A DNA stretch of 64,000 bases, taken from assembly GCA_951406725.2 (NCBI GenBank), contig OX597817.1:27032001-27096000 (forward strand), read 5' to 3'. Positions 39,913 to 53,683 of the stretch are shown one piece after another (the stretch's first letter is position 1; each line of letters starts with the position of its first letter). Below the pieces are notes generated by a model. That model had not been told where the DNA came from. It ran no database searches and saw nothing but the letters and a program-made list of their open reading frames with translations. Both the position numbers and the translations under genes were made by a program. This DNA is from Octopus vulgaris (Eukaryota).

Positions 39913-40156
39913 GTTTCATCTTCCGTGATGTTATACATGTATATTCTATGTGAAAGAAAAAGCATTATGGGATTAAATGTTCGAGATATGAAAATGTTAC
40001 GTGGATGATCTTGTATTTGTTTGTTCTGCAACCATAGTTTAATATATTTGTCTCATTTAATTGAGCACTTCTATAGCAGTCCTATTAAACATTTTGCTCC
40101 TGATAAGAAACAATCACTGTATTATTGATACATACATACATACATATATTTGAGTA

Positions 40157-40500
40157 GTTGAATGAATTATCTTATTAAGGATAATTCGAAAGATAACCGA
40201 TACCTGGTAGCAAATTCACATCAGAAAGAACACGGTTGAAGCTACATCCCTAGGGCATAGACTACGTGTCTTCGTGCGGAAATTTGTATGTTTATTTTAA
40301 AATTATAAGTACATGAAAGAATGGAGTTGAACGACTAGTTAACAAATATCCTTTATTCTCGACATATGTTTCGAAGGCTGCATATTCCTAATTCCGAAGG
40401 AATATGCAGCCTTCGAAACATACGTCGAGAATAAAGGATATTTGTTAACTAGTCGTTCAACTCCATTCTTTCATGTACTTATAATTTTAAAATATACATA
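40157..40500. mobile_element. Penelope-like remnant ending in a ~210-bp fold-back palindrome
   Basis: Arms 40287-40389 and 40398-40500 are almost perfect inverted repeats; related sequence at 40942-41200 and 54895-54975. Confidence 0.6.
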
Positions 40501-40717
40501 CATACATACATACATAGAAAAGCAAGAAAGTTTGTTTAAAATATTAAATATGAGGATGAGAAGACCGAACAAAAATGGAGTAACAGGTAGTCAGCTTTCG
40601 TTCAATTCTCACATTGTTGCGAGAAAAGCATCTACGTAATGGTTATCATATATTGTAAACTCTTTTATGGATAGTGCAGCTAAAATTATTTGCAAACCAG
40701 TTGTTTATATATATATG

Positions 40718-40920
40718 TGACCGCGTGTGTGTCGTTGGCGATTTTCTTTCTCCGTCTTCCCTTCCTTAGACCTTTCCTTTTCCTATGTTTCTGACTAAGA
40801 GCTCCGCTCAAAACGTTGAATCCTCCTTCTTTCTTTCCTTTCCTGAGCGTCCAATAACACTATACTTGTTCCACGTCCTCACATTGTTGTGTTTTCTCTT
40901 TGTTTATGTTTAGATTATCT
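40718..40920 (+). mobile_element. Penelope-like pLTR-derived repeat with degenerate hammerhead motif
   Basis: ctgactaagagctccgctcaaaacg; the same family occurs at 590-695 and 49365-49575 (minus). Confidence 0.55.
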
Positions 40921-40941
40921 AATATATATATATATATCAAT

Positions 40942-41200
40942 AGGTGAATGAATTATCCTATGTTTATCGGCAGCATGGAAAATTCGTTGAACCGATACCA
41001 GGGTAGCAAATTCGCGTCAGAAACACGGTCGAAGCGACCTGTCCAAGGGTAGAAACTCCGGGTTCATTTGCAGAAATTTGTGTGTTATATATGAATAAAT
41101 GAAAGAATGGAGTCGAACGAAGATGTTAACAAAATTCCTTTACTCTCAATTTTGTTAACATCTTCGTTCGACTCCATTCTTTCATTTATCCATATATATA
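40942..41200. mobile_element. Second Penelope-like remnant with a ~50-bp-arm palindrome
   Basis: Arms 41087-41137 and 41148-41197; upstream part homologous to 40157-40290. Confidence 0.55.
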
Positions 41201-42322
41201 TATATATTGTTTCCAATACTTGTTAGTTTAGTATAGTGAACTTTAATTTTATATTTTATGATGCTTTGTACTGTATTTAATATTACGTTTGTGACATTTG
41301 GTACCGTTTATATTACTTTGAGTTATGTATTTACAATCTTAGAGAAAGAAAGTTTTTTTTGTAAATGGTGTAATTGCTGTCTCATTTTAAATCTTGATCT
41401 GTATACGTGTTATACATAAGCAGTGAACTATGTTGCAATACTAGATGCTTGCTAAGTTAATTTAAATAATAACGTAGTTTTTTCCAATTTTCCAGAGTAA
41501 CTTTAGATCATTAAATTAATTCAATAAACGAAAAAAAACAAGGAAGCTTTCAAATTCTTCAATTTGGAATTTATTACTTTTGATATTTATAAATTCTTCT
41601 TGAGTAAATATTATCAGTTATTGTTTGTTTTTGTTTTGTGATTTTTTTTTTCCAAAAATTACAGAACTTTTTATTATCAAGAGTTGAAAATTCTACATCC
41701 TCATAAATAAATATAACGGTCAGGTTTGTTAAACAATGTGGCAGAATAAGCTGAGCTAATACGTCCTGCAGAATCATTCAATCGAGAAGTAATGAAATTG
41801 GGTAACTGAATACTAACACTCAATAAAGAAGTGCTTTTTACAATATGTATTTACTTTTGCTCTTTGGTAAAAGAGCACCAGCAACTCTTCTAATCTGGTA
41901 ATGAATATTTCATATCAAAACTCTTTATCCATCCAAATCTTTGCTTTTATATTGCAAAGATTATTGAAATTTTTGAACATAGAAAAATAAATTTAAGAAA
42001 CACAGCGAATCGAGAAAAATATGACCATCATACCACCCTCATTCAAGAGCTAAGAATATATAAATGATTCACAAAGAAGCTTCGTTTCCAGTGATCGGTA
42101 GCAACACAGAATTTATTCACGGAATGGCCCATGAAGACGACAAAATAACAGTTTCATTGTCAAATGATATGTTTCGTAAAATAATTGCAGAAATTAGTAA
42201 TAACTAAGTCATACACTTTATTGAAATCATTAAAGATAACTGACTTTGCAATTCAGTTCAATGACTTAATGCAATTCCGTTTCAACTATATATTTACTAT
42301 TATGTTGATCATTATATGAACA

Positions 42323-42721
42323 TAGGAGTGGCTGTGTGGTAAGTAGCTTGCTAACCAACCACATGGTTCCGGGTTCAGTCCCACTGCGTGGCATCTTGGG
42401 CAAGTGTCTTCTACTATAGCCTGGGGCCGACCAATGCCTTGTGAGTGGATTTGGTAGACGGAAACTGAAAGAAGCCTGTCGTATATATGTATATATATGT
42501 ATGTGTGTGTTTGTGTTTCTGTGTTTGTCCCCCTAGTATTGCTTGACAACCGATGCTGGTGTGTTTACGTCCCCGTCACTTAGCGGTTCGGCAAAAGACA
42601 CCGATAGAATAAGCACTGGGCTTACAAAGAATAAGTCTCGGGGTCGATTTGCTCGACTAAAGGTGGTGCTCCAGCATAGCCGCAGTCAAATGACTGAAAC
42701 AAGTAAAAGAGTAAAAGAGAG
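42323..42721 (+). mobile_element. SINE family A
   Basis: Full-length match. Confidence 0.85.
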
Positions 42722-43559
42722 TATAGGACAGATGGAGATGTTTCCCTCAAACTAGACATTTTGTTTTACTTAACCAAGTCTAGAATAGAATAACATTGTA
42801 AATCGATAATGCAGCAGGAATGACAGAGAAGACGTAGGATTTCAAGTTAAAGTTAAACCTGAAAGCGAGGCTTCTGTAACATTGCCTGAAAGTAGGGCTC
42901 CTATAACATTTTATCAATTCGTGCGTGCTTAATTGAAACAATTAGTGATTTAAAAATAGTTTTTTACAACAAAGCATGAAAATATGCAGATTAAATCCTC
43001 AAATTTCTTGGAAGTTGAGCCGTTAATCCGCACATCTATTACGGAATATCAGTTCAACAAACTTTTATTACATACAGTAGAAGGAAAAGATGGTAGATTA
43101 AAAAAAAAACAATGTTATTTTTATAACGAAGTGAAATCTTGCAGAATTAATTAATGATGACAATTGGCTTTGCAAATTATGCTAATTGTCACACATATTT
43201 GTTAAGCTTAATGAAGTTATTATGTTGATGCAAGGGATGAATACAAATATTTTTAAATTGAAAAGTAAAACTAGTCTTCATGGAAACAATAAATAAATGC
43301 ATAAATGAATAAATGGAAATATGCAATAGGAAACTATAAATTTGAAATGTTTCTTTTTTATCTCTGATTATTTTGATAACGAAAAATAAGGATTTCAATT
43401 CGATTAAACTGATCATATCAATTATGAGCAAAAGCACACCCCTCATCCAATGGTCGGTGCTGAGTTTTCAAACATTTAAGCCAAATTTTCTCAAAACAAC
43501 TTGTCCGACCGTCCCATAGGCCTCCCCTTTGAGAAACACTGATTCAACCTAAATTTGTG

Positions 43560-43798
43560 ACACCAGCAAAAGACGGATTTCGACTGATGTACTTGCGCGT
43601 ACAAATGCACGTTCCCACGGCTTTATCGATCGCATTCTCACCTGGAATCGATTTTTGTAAATTTTTCAAGACTTATACACGCCCTGATACCGTCGGTATC
43701 TACTTATCAAATTTGAGCGCAATCGGATGGAGGATGCCCGAGATCCTACAAGACACACACACACACAGACAGACAGAACGGATTTTATATAATAGATT
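43560..43798 (+). mobile_element. Helitron/Helentron-like non-autonomous element 3' part
   Basis: caaatttgagcgcaatcgg...cagacagacag...ttttatataatagat layout resembles DINE-1/Lep1-type elements. Confidence 0.45.
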
Positions 43799-44591
43799 TG
43801 TCATGTATGATAAAACACTTCCGCAAATATTTTCTACAAGACGTAAACAGTTGTAAATTGAACTGAGTTCAAATCCCATTTCTTGTAACAAGAGAAACGT
43901 CGTTATTTTAATTATTCAATGAGAGTTTGAAGAGATGTTGTATGATTCAAGATTCAAGCTTGAACTTTTAAAAGCAAATTGAAGTATCTTTTTTTTTTCT
44001 TTTTTTCTTTTTGATGGGTGTGCCTAAGTCAGTATCTTAAATTATCTGAGTTGGTATTGGCACCTCTTCTATTATTTCTTTTCATATACTTAATAAGGTG
44101 AATCTGTATTTTTTGTCTTTAAAAGAAATAAAGTGAAAATACCGAAACTGCTCAGAGTAGTGTCTTCCATCCTATTTTCACCCAGGCCCTACTATAACTT
44201 TCCGATGGTTGGTAAAAAACGACTTTATATTTAATATTCATTTAATATTAAAGAATCTATTGGTAAGTCTTTTATTAAGTACTGAGTATCGACTTCCCAT
44301 AATTATATACATTTCTTAAAGAAATATCCACACTGGGACATTAAAATAGTGCTATCCTGTAGCAGACTGTCTTCACGCAGTATACTTGGTCGGAGGGGTT
44401 TGCTTGGCTAGGCTGAGTATAGGTGTACTATGTTTGCTGCAATAGAAACATTTTCGTAATTCTATGTTCCGCTGAAAAAAAAAAAAGAAATTTTGGATCC
44501 CGTGCCAAACCACAATTTTCCCAGATACCACTAGTGGGAATCACTGGCTTTTAGTATACATTATGCTCAAGCGTACAATATATTTTAGTCA

Positions 44592-44811
44592 TTAACCCTT
44601 TCGTTACCGTATTTATTTTGAGATGTTTTGTGTTTCTTTCAATTACTTTAAATATAACAAAGAATTTAGTAAAAGAACTTAGTTATCATTAAGCTTGAGT
44701 TGGGAACATAAATTGTGACTAAGGTTTGGTGGAAGATTTTAATTCAATACTTATGAAAGTAAGACATTTGCACCACAAAGCCAGGGGCGGTTTTGGCCGG
44801 GTTGGTAGAAA
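44592..44811. mobile_element. piggyBac-like MITE (degenerate right end)
   Basis: TTAA-ccctttcgttacc at left; ggtagaaag at right. Confidence 0.45.
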
Positions 44812-44996
44812 GCCTTCTGTGGTATTTTTTTAATCATGAACCACAAACATTAAAATTTATTTGTAATGTTTGCTTAAAATAATCACACACATTTAGATTC
44901 TTTCAATAACTATTGAGTTTTATTTAACAGAAAGTGGATTACAAGAAAATTCTTCAGCTTTGTGATTGTAGAAATATTTCAAACCATGTTCTAGAC

Positions 44997-45717
44997 CAAA
45001 GGTTTTCAAAGGGGGTGGGGTAACTTTTTGGAACAAAGGGGCGCTGGAAGACCCTCAACTTTGGTAAGTTTAATTTGAAATTAATGAGTAGTAGCCATAT
45101 TTTCACATCTCTGTGACAGTCAGTTAAAAAATATGTCTTTTTGTTTCAAATTTTCAAACTCATGAAACACTTTTTCAAATTTAGATACACCAAGCAAATT
45201 CCTGGTACCAAGTAAGTGGTGTTGCTAAAATCAAACTCCCAAAACAAAAACTAAAAATAGATGAATAGTGACAGACGCCTGAAAGAAAAAAGGGTAATGA
45301 ATAAGAGTGAAAAGCTGAATGGTGGTCAAAATTTTGGAACGAACAAACTGACTTTTGGGAGTGGCCGATAGGTATGTATTTTTGTATGTGTGTGTATGTA
45401 TGGGTACGTTTGCATGTATATGATTGCGTGTGTTGCCATTTTGAATTATGTTCTGCGATTGAACTTAAACTGACCCCTGGCTATTAAAGACCCAACCACA
45501 CACACGCACACACAGTTGTTTTAGGTTTTATACCCATTTGAACTGCAACCATACACAAGATAACGTGGTAAGTCTGATGTTCTGAAATTGAAATTTTGAA
45601 TTTGTTTTGATTTATAAAATCAAAAACACATCTTTTGGCTTTGGGAAAACAAAAAACATATTTGTGACTCCATGGGTCAAAAGGGGGCCTTTGGCCAAAA
45701 TGGGTTGAGAACCTTTG
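44997..45717. mobile_element. hAT (Charlie-type) non-autonomous element
   Basis: TIRs caaaggttttcaa and ttgagaacctttg; 8-bp TSD ttctagac / ttcttgac (NTCTAGAN-like). Confidence 0.75.
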
Positions 45718-46354
45718 TTCTTGACTAAATAAACGACACTAACATGTACAGAAGATCAATCTTCTGAGAATATCTACATTTACCAAATAGCGTTAATATT
45801 TACGAAGCTAAAGTCTTCTTTCTAATTTTCTTCTCCGCCCCATTCTTTTACCTACTAGTTGATCTTCTAGTACTATTTTAAGTTTATGTGTACTGTTGAG
45901 AGTTTCTGGTCTATTAGATATTTATTTTGGGGTTACTGCTCATCGAATAATAATTTATTCATTCTACGTAGCTAAAACATATTTATGTATTTATGACGGA
46001 AACATGCAGAAAACGCGTGTCAATGTTAGTGTGTATGTATGTGTGCGCGCACTGGCACTTATGTGCTGGCATTTGTCAATCTTCGAAACTATTAAGAGTT
46101 ATTGGTATTGCATTGTCACTATGGAAGTGGCTCTGCGGTTCCATTTTGCCATAGCAGCCTCTTCTAAACTTGTTGCATGTGAAAGCTGAAGAAAGCAAGC
46201 ATTTCTAGCGGTGTTATTTTTATTTTTATTTATTTTAGTTTAGCTTCAATTGATCATCTACTACCGTTCCCATTCTCTCTTCTCCAAAAGCATCAATCAT
46301 CTCCAACTGTCTAAGAACTAGCAGTGTCAATTACAGTCAGCTTCAGGTGTCTCT

Positions 46355-46389
46355 AAATATATATATATATATGCATGTATGTATATATG

Positions 46390-46471
<82 letters not shown>

Positions 46472-46548
46472 TATGTATGTATGTATGTATATATATATAT
46501 ATATTATGTTTGTATATATATATATTTATACCTACATACATATATATG

Positions 46549-46589
<41 letters not shown>

Positions 46590-46595
46590 ACATAG

Positions 46596-46639
<44 letters not shown>

Positions 46640-46811
46640 TATATGTCCATGCATGTGTGCGTATTTAATATAATATATATATAGGCACGCATATGTACAT
46701 ACAAACGCATGTAGAAGAGAAGGGGAGAGACATGGATATTAGTGTGTTCGTATACAGATATGCATATATACTTATATAAGTACATAAACATATATATATA
46801 TATATATATAT

Positions 46812-46844
<33 letters not shown>

Positions 46845-46975
46845 AACATACATACATACATACATACATACATACATACATACATACATACATACATACA
46901 TACATACATACATACATACATACATACATACATACATACATACATACATACGTGCGCGTGTGTGTGTATGTGTGT
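46355..46975. repeat. (TA)n, (GATA)n and (CATA)n microsatellites
   Basis: Direct reading. Confidence 0.9.
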
Positions 46976-47073
46976 GAGCTGTTTACATTTCCAAACAGAA
47001 ATGTTAAATAAAAGGTGTGAGAAACACTTCTTTCCTCGTGATAACGACGACGACGACGACGACGATGATGATG

Positions 47074-47109
<36 letters not shown>

Positions 47110-47681
47110 GTGACGATGATGGATGAAGATCACCTTTACAGTATAGTCATCACAGCAATATGCAATAACGATGTTGATCATGAGAACAACGCTGATATCG
47201 CTGCCACTGACAGTGCCGAGGCGGATGAGGTTTACAAAGGAGAAGAAGGAGATGAAGAAGTGGTGGTGATGGTAGTGGTGGAGAGTGATGAAGATTTCGT
47301 AGTATTTCTGACGCTACAGATAATGAAGTTAAATGGGAGGTGTTTGACAAAACTATGACTCGACTGACTCGTCTTGGTTCTATGTCAATACTACCATCAC
47401 TATTAACGGTTTTTTTCATCAATGATACAGTTTTTCCAGAATAAATTCATTCACTATTCATGATCTTCACTCCCATTAGGACGGTGTTATGACTTTTAAA
47501 ATCTATTATATACATAAGCCCACTTTATCTTCATCAGAACAGCTAAAATAAATCTTAATCACATTTCCGTTTTATTATGTACAGTGGTTTACATTTTGTT
47601 GTTAAGGCTTTTGTTTTTCCCCCGAATCCAATTCTTAAGTTTCAATCTTGATGTAGTCCGCTCTTTCCAAAACCTTATATA

Positions 47682-47708
47682 TCATCATCATCGTCGCCAT
47701 CATCATCG

Positions 47709-47740
<32 letters not shown>

Positions 47741-47905
47741 GTCATCATCATCATCATCATCATCATCCTCCTCCTCATCATCATCATCATCATCATCATC
47801 ATCGTCATCATCATCGTCATCATCGTCATCATCATCGTCATCATCATCATCGTCATCATCATCATCGTCATCATCGTCATAATCATCATCGTCATCATCG
47901 TCATT

Positions 47906-47989
<84 letters not shown>

Positions 47990-48215
47990 GTCATCCTCCT
48001 CCTCATCATCATCATCATCATCGTCATCATCATCGTCATCATCGTCATCATCATCATCATCATCATCAGTCCGTATTCCATGCTGGTATGGTTTGGTCCA
48101 AGGACAGCATCGTTCTCTAACATTTGTTTTGGCATTATTTCAACAGAAGGATGCTCCTCCTATCGCCAACCACTCTACAATGTAGACTGGGTGCTTTTCT
48201 CGTACCACCTGCACA
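47682..48215. repeat. Expanded (CAT/CGT)n tract followed by a family E fragment
   Basis: (CAT)n at 47682-48066, then gtccgtattccatgctggtatgg. Confidence 0.8.
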
Positions 48216-48299
48216 TTGTGTGTATGTGTATGTATGTGTGTGTATTTGTATGTATGTAAGTATTATGCTTATTTGTATGTGCGTACTTATGTATGTAAA

Positions 48300-48621
48300 G
48301 GCGCATGGCTCAGTGGTTAGAGCGTCGAGCTTACGATCGTGAGGTTGTGAGCTCGAATCCCGGACCGGGCTGCGTGTTGTGTTCTTGAGCAAGACACTTT
48401 ATTTTACGTTGCTCCAGTTCACTCAGATGTATAAATGAGTTACGACGTCACAAGTGCCAAGTTGTTTCTGCCGTTGCCTTTCCCTTGGATAACACTGGTG
48501 GCGTGGAGAGTATGCATGGGCGACTGCTGGTCTTCCGAAAACAATCTTGCCCGGACTTATACCTAGGAGGATAACTTTCTAGGTGCAATCCCATGGTCTG
48601 TGTCGTGACCGAAGGGGGTCT
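48300..48621 (+). mobile_element. tRNA-derived SINE family D (V/CORE-like central block)
   Basis: A box tggctcagtgg, B-box-like gctcgaatcc, block gtgttcttgagcaagacactt. Confidence 0.75.
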
Positions 48622-49364
48622 CAGAACTTATGTACGTACATCTGTGTGCACGATGGAAACGTTTTCTAATAAACTTAGTCTTAAACAGATGATCACAAGT
48701 TCCGTTAAGATATCAAATATTAGGTGTTTCTAAACTTTGGATGTATTTTGACATGGTGACTGATTCTTAATGTCTCACTCAATTTAATTCACTACCTGGC
48801 ACGAAAGTGTCTTCAAAATTGGAATGGTAAAACAGGAAACTGAATCAGTTTACATATAAGAGGGATCTTTTCTAAAAGATGGACAGAATTTTCTAGTTAA
48901 GAAGATCCTATAAGAGCACTAAACTAGTCTCAATTTGAATGAGATAACACCAATGTTCTTGCTTCAAAAAATGCATACATTCCCCGACCTTACTTAACAT
49001 GAGACTTATATACATATACATTTTAGAATACATGTTTATGCATATGTCTTTCTTTTTCGCTCTCACTTTCCTACACCAATCCCTCTACCCAATCTTTCTG
49101 GCGAAAAAAAGAGAACGAAAGACGAAGTAACATAGAAATACTCACATCAGCCTTAAAAGTTTCGTCGCTTTTAAAGTCCAAAGACTTTAAATCCCATGTC
49201 ACTTCTTATCTAGTTTTACGAGTAATATAGGAATATAATTAAGTTTGTGAGGTGATGGACAAACAAAGGTAAAACGAGGAAGACAACAAATTACAAATTG
49301 GATGAAAAATTATAGATAGAATCAATACAGAAACAGAATATCCATATCCATGTATATATACATA

Positions 49365-49575
49365 CAGTTAATCCAAACAAGAAAACACAAAAAAAAAAAA
49401 AATCAACAACGCGAGGACGTGGAACAAATAAAGTATTATTGGACGCTCAGGAAAGAAGGGAAGAAGGAGGGTTTAACGTTTCGAGCGGAGCTCTTCGTCG
49501 GAAACATAGGAGAAGGAAAGATCCCGAGAAGGGAAGACAGAGGAAAAGAAATCGCCAGCGGTACTCACGAGGTCA
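49365..49575 (-). mobile_element. Penelope-like pLTR-derived repeat with hammerhead-like motif
   Basis: Minus strand reads gttt ccgacga a gagc tcc gctc gaaa cgtt aaac. Confidence 0.55.
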
Positions 49576-49823
49576 TACATACATACATATATATATATAC
49601 ATTTGTCAATTGTGGAACACGACTGTCACAGCATAGACCTAATATTTGCGTAAGGCAAAAAGTGTAAAATTGTAAAAATTGCAATTAATAAAACGTGAAA
49701 ATCAGACTAGGCATGGATGAAATTCCTTAGATCATATGTATGTTCGCTCAATCAGAATTGGCCAAGGTTGAAATAAGTAGTGACAGCAATCATCTGGTCA
49801 GTCACCTGTATCGATACGCGTAA

Positions 49824-50058
49824 GGCGGCGAGCTGGGAGAAGCGTTAGCACGCCGAGCGAAATGCATTGCGGTATTTCGTCTGCCGTTACGTTCTGAGTT
49901 CAAATTCCGCCGAGGTCGACTTTGCCTTTCATCCTTTCGGGGTCGATAAATTAAGCACCAATTACGCACTGGGGTCGATGTAATCGACTTAATACCTATG
50001 TCTGTCCTTGTTTGTCCCCTCTATGTTTAGCCCCTTGTGGGTAATAAAGAAATAGGTA
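49824..50058 (+). mobile_element. SINE family B, full length (tRNA-like head, Nin-like domain, tail shared with the array unit)
   Basis: ggcggcgagctgg...gagttcaaattcc...ggggtcgataaattaagcacc...gccccttgtgggtaataaagaaataggta. Confidence 0.85.
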
Positions 50059-51340
50059 TATATATTTCTTTTTGGGTCTGCATAATCCCGAGTGTATACA
50101 AATATACAAATATACAGATGATTATGCTCAAGTAAGTACTCGAAACCCAGGAACTGGTATAAATACGATGCTTTCTTTTACTTTTGATGAGCAAATTCCG
50201 CAAAGGTTGTGACTGACGATAGTACAAAGGTGCTAAGAGGTTTTCTTGGTCGAGATCTGAGTGACATTAAGCTGTGTCCTGTCTTTACAGAAAACGTATC
50301 TGTAATTTTCTCTTTTATTTATTTCCTATTAAATAATTTCTTTCCTTGACTATTGTACTTTCACAGTAAAGACCTGAGTTCAAGAGAATCGCATGTGGTA
50401 CTGACACAAGTTACAGAACTCAGAACGACCAAATATTCTCTACTCAGAATCTCTACTCTGGTATCTGTGATCACTTTCAGCTTTAAGTTAGTGAAGTAAA
50501 CTTTGCCACACTACCTATTTTCGAAATACTAATATTCATCAGATTCTGTTCCCAGGAATTTTATAATGTGACAAAGGTATTAATGATAAAAATGATATAA
50601 AATTTTTTCTGGCTAAGAATTGAAACAGTCATATCACCGATTGCCAACTTCTTAAATCTAGTGTAAAATTCTGATCATGTTCTTAACAAAATAAAAACTG
50701 CATTTTCTTCCTTCATTGTTCAGAATCGATCCACAGCAAAGATATTCTGCAAATAAAGAATTCCCTGTGGAATCAGCGAGTGAGATTTTAAAGAAAGGTG
50801 AAAATAAGAGCATGGGCGGGACTGATATATTTTACAAAACACATTTTGACAGTTGTATCCATTAACAGAAGCCATTCCGCTACTGTTCCTTTTGTACGTA
50901 GATGGGTGGACCGATACAAAGTACTGCCACTGAACGCTAGGATAGCATCATGCTCTCTATTCATTGATTAGTTGATATTATATTTGCGTCAGCTTGCACA
51001 ATCTTTGTATATTTGTATGTGGCTGTCTCACTAAATAATGCATGCTATCTCTGCTGGTCAGATATAATTCTGACATCTAAGATCTTAGCTAGTAGATCAA
51101 TTGCTAACAGTGTCCCTTATGTCCTTGAGTTTATCTCACTTTCTGCATGGCTTGCCATCTGCTCACTGTCAAATTTTCTCATTGCTTTAGAATTCATGTC
51201 CATTCTACTGTACTATGTTAGCTGAGCTATGCCTATCTCTTCTCTTAGAGACTCTGCTAGGTTCAGGGGAGTTCTGATTACAAATATTCTGATTATAAAT
51301 TATTGATCTTCTTCATTCTTACTTTATTATTATCACTTAC

Positions 51341-51428
<88 letters not shown>

Positions 51429-51874
51429 ATGTATATATGTGCATGTGTATCTGTGCATGTATATAGAATTTTGCTGCTTTGCATGATGATGGGATTGACA
51501 GGTTGTAATATAAAACTATACTGCGAGATATGCTTTTTCGTATTTTGACAAAAATAACTCGGTGTACATTTGCATATGAATATACGAACACGTACACACA
51601 CAGACACACATTTACATACAGAGATGCTCGACTACTTTTTAAAAGGATAACTTCTTGGTGTTTGTAAGTCTAAAAGTAATAAGTTATCAGTACTAAATTC
51701 TGCATAGAGTATTTATTAAATGCCCTATATTACTCAACTGTCTGGAACATCATCTTAGAGAATGGGGAGGAGAAGAAGAACTGCCTAATAATAATAATAA
51801 TAATAATAATTTTCTTTGCTCTAGATGTTGGGAAGACACTCGGCAAGAAATGGAAACAAAATTGAAAAAGGAAG

Positions 51875-52444
51875 ATAATGATAATAATAATCCTATCTAC
51901 AATAGGCGCAAGTCCTGAAATTTTCGGGGGGGGGGGATAGTCGATAGTTGACTTCAACGGAATTTGAACTCAGTATATAAAGACGGACGAAATACTGCTA
52001 AATATTTTGCCCGGCGTGTTAATGATCCTGCTAGCTCACCAATAATAATGATTTCAAATTTTTGCCACAAGGGCAGCTTGCAGGAGGAGATTAAGTCGAT
52101 TACATCGACCCCTGTGTTTCGCTGGTATTTAGTTTATCGACCCCAAAAGGATGAAAATCAAAATTGACCTCGGAGGAATTTGAACTCAGAACGTAGCGAT
52201 GGGCGAAATACCTATTTCTTTACTGCCCACAAGGGGCTACAAACAGAAGGGACAAACAAGGACAGACAGACGGATTAAGTCGATTATATGACCCCAGTGC
52301 GTAACTGGTACTTATTTAATCGACCCCATAAGGATGAAAGGCAAAGTCGACTTCGGCGGAATTTGAACTCAGAATGTAGCGGCAGACGAAATACTGTAAA
52401 GCATTTCGCCCGGCGTGCTAACGTTTCTGCCAGCTCGCCGCCAA

Positions 52445-52499
<55 letters not shown>

Positions 52500-53345
52500 T
52501 TTTCTGTTATAGGCACAAGACCTGAAATTTGGCGAAAAGGTACTAGTCGAGATCATCGACTCCAGTGTTTCACTGGTACTTAATTTATCGACCCCGAATG
52601 GATGAAAGGCAAAGACGACCTCAGCGGAATTTAAACTCAAAACGTAAAGATGGACGAAATCCGGCTAACCATTTTGCTCAGCGGGCTAACGATTCTGCCA
52701 GCACACCGCATTTCATAATAATAATGATAAACTTTTCTGTTATAAGCACAAGGCCTGAAATATGGGGGAGGAGAATAGTCGACCACATCGACCCCAGTGT
52801 TTGACTGGTACTTATTTTATAGACCCCTTAAAGGATGAAAGGCAAAGTCGACCTCGGCGGAATTTGAACTCAGAACGTATCGGCAGACGAAATACTTATT
52901 TCTTTACTACCCACAAGGGGCTAAACACAGAAGGGACAAACAAGGACAGACAAACGGATTAAGTCGATTATATCGACCCCAGTGCGTAACTGGTACTTAC
53001 TTTATCGACCCCAAAAGGATGAAAGGCAAAGTCGACCTCGGCGGAATTTGAACTCAGAACGCAGCGGCAAACGAAATACCTATTTCTTTACTACCCACAA
53101 GGGGCTAAACACAGAGGGGACAAACAAGGACAGACAAATGGATTAAGTCGAGTATATCGACCCCAGTGCGTAACTGGTACTTACTTTATCGACCCCGAAA
53201 GGATGAAAGGCAAAGTCGACCTCGGTGGAATTTGAACTCAGAAAGTAGCGGCAGACGAAATACCGCTAAGCATTTCGCCCGGCGTGCTAACGTTTCTGCC
53301 AGCTCGCCGCCTTTCATAATAATCCTTTCTATAATAGGCACCAAA
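51875..53345 (-). mobile_element. Cluster of about 7 head-to-tail family B SINEs with alternative tails
   Basis: Repeated tcgaccc...ggatgaaaggcaaagtcgacctcggcggaatttgaactcag, with a 184-bp period at 52893-53261. Confidence 0.85.
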
Positions 53346-53651
53346 TGTCTTATTATTGTCTTTATTTCCTCTCCAGTCACACATTTTATCTGGTAAGTCA
53401 CACGTGTTGAGAAGAGCATTGTCGCTGTGAATTTTCTTTCTTTCTTCCCCTTTATTTTTTTCTATTTCTTATTTTTTGATTCTTTCTTTCTTTCTTTCTT
53501 CTTCTTTTTTTCTATCACATAACGTGACTTTGTAAATGAGCAATTTGGTGTATTTATTTTAATAGCCTACAAACATACATATTGAGTTTCGTTTCCCTAG
53601 GTATTGGCAATACACACGGCAAGAAATGGAAACAAAATTGAAAGAAGAAGG

Positions 53652-53683
<32 letters not shown>

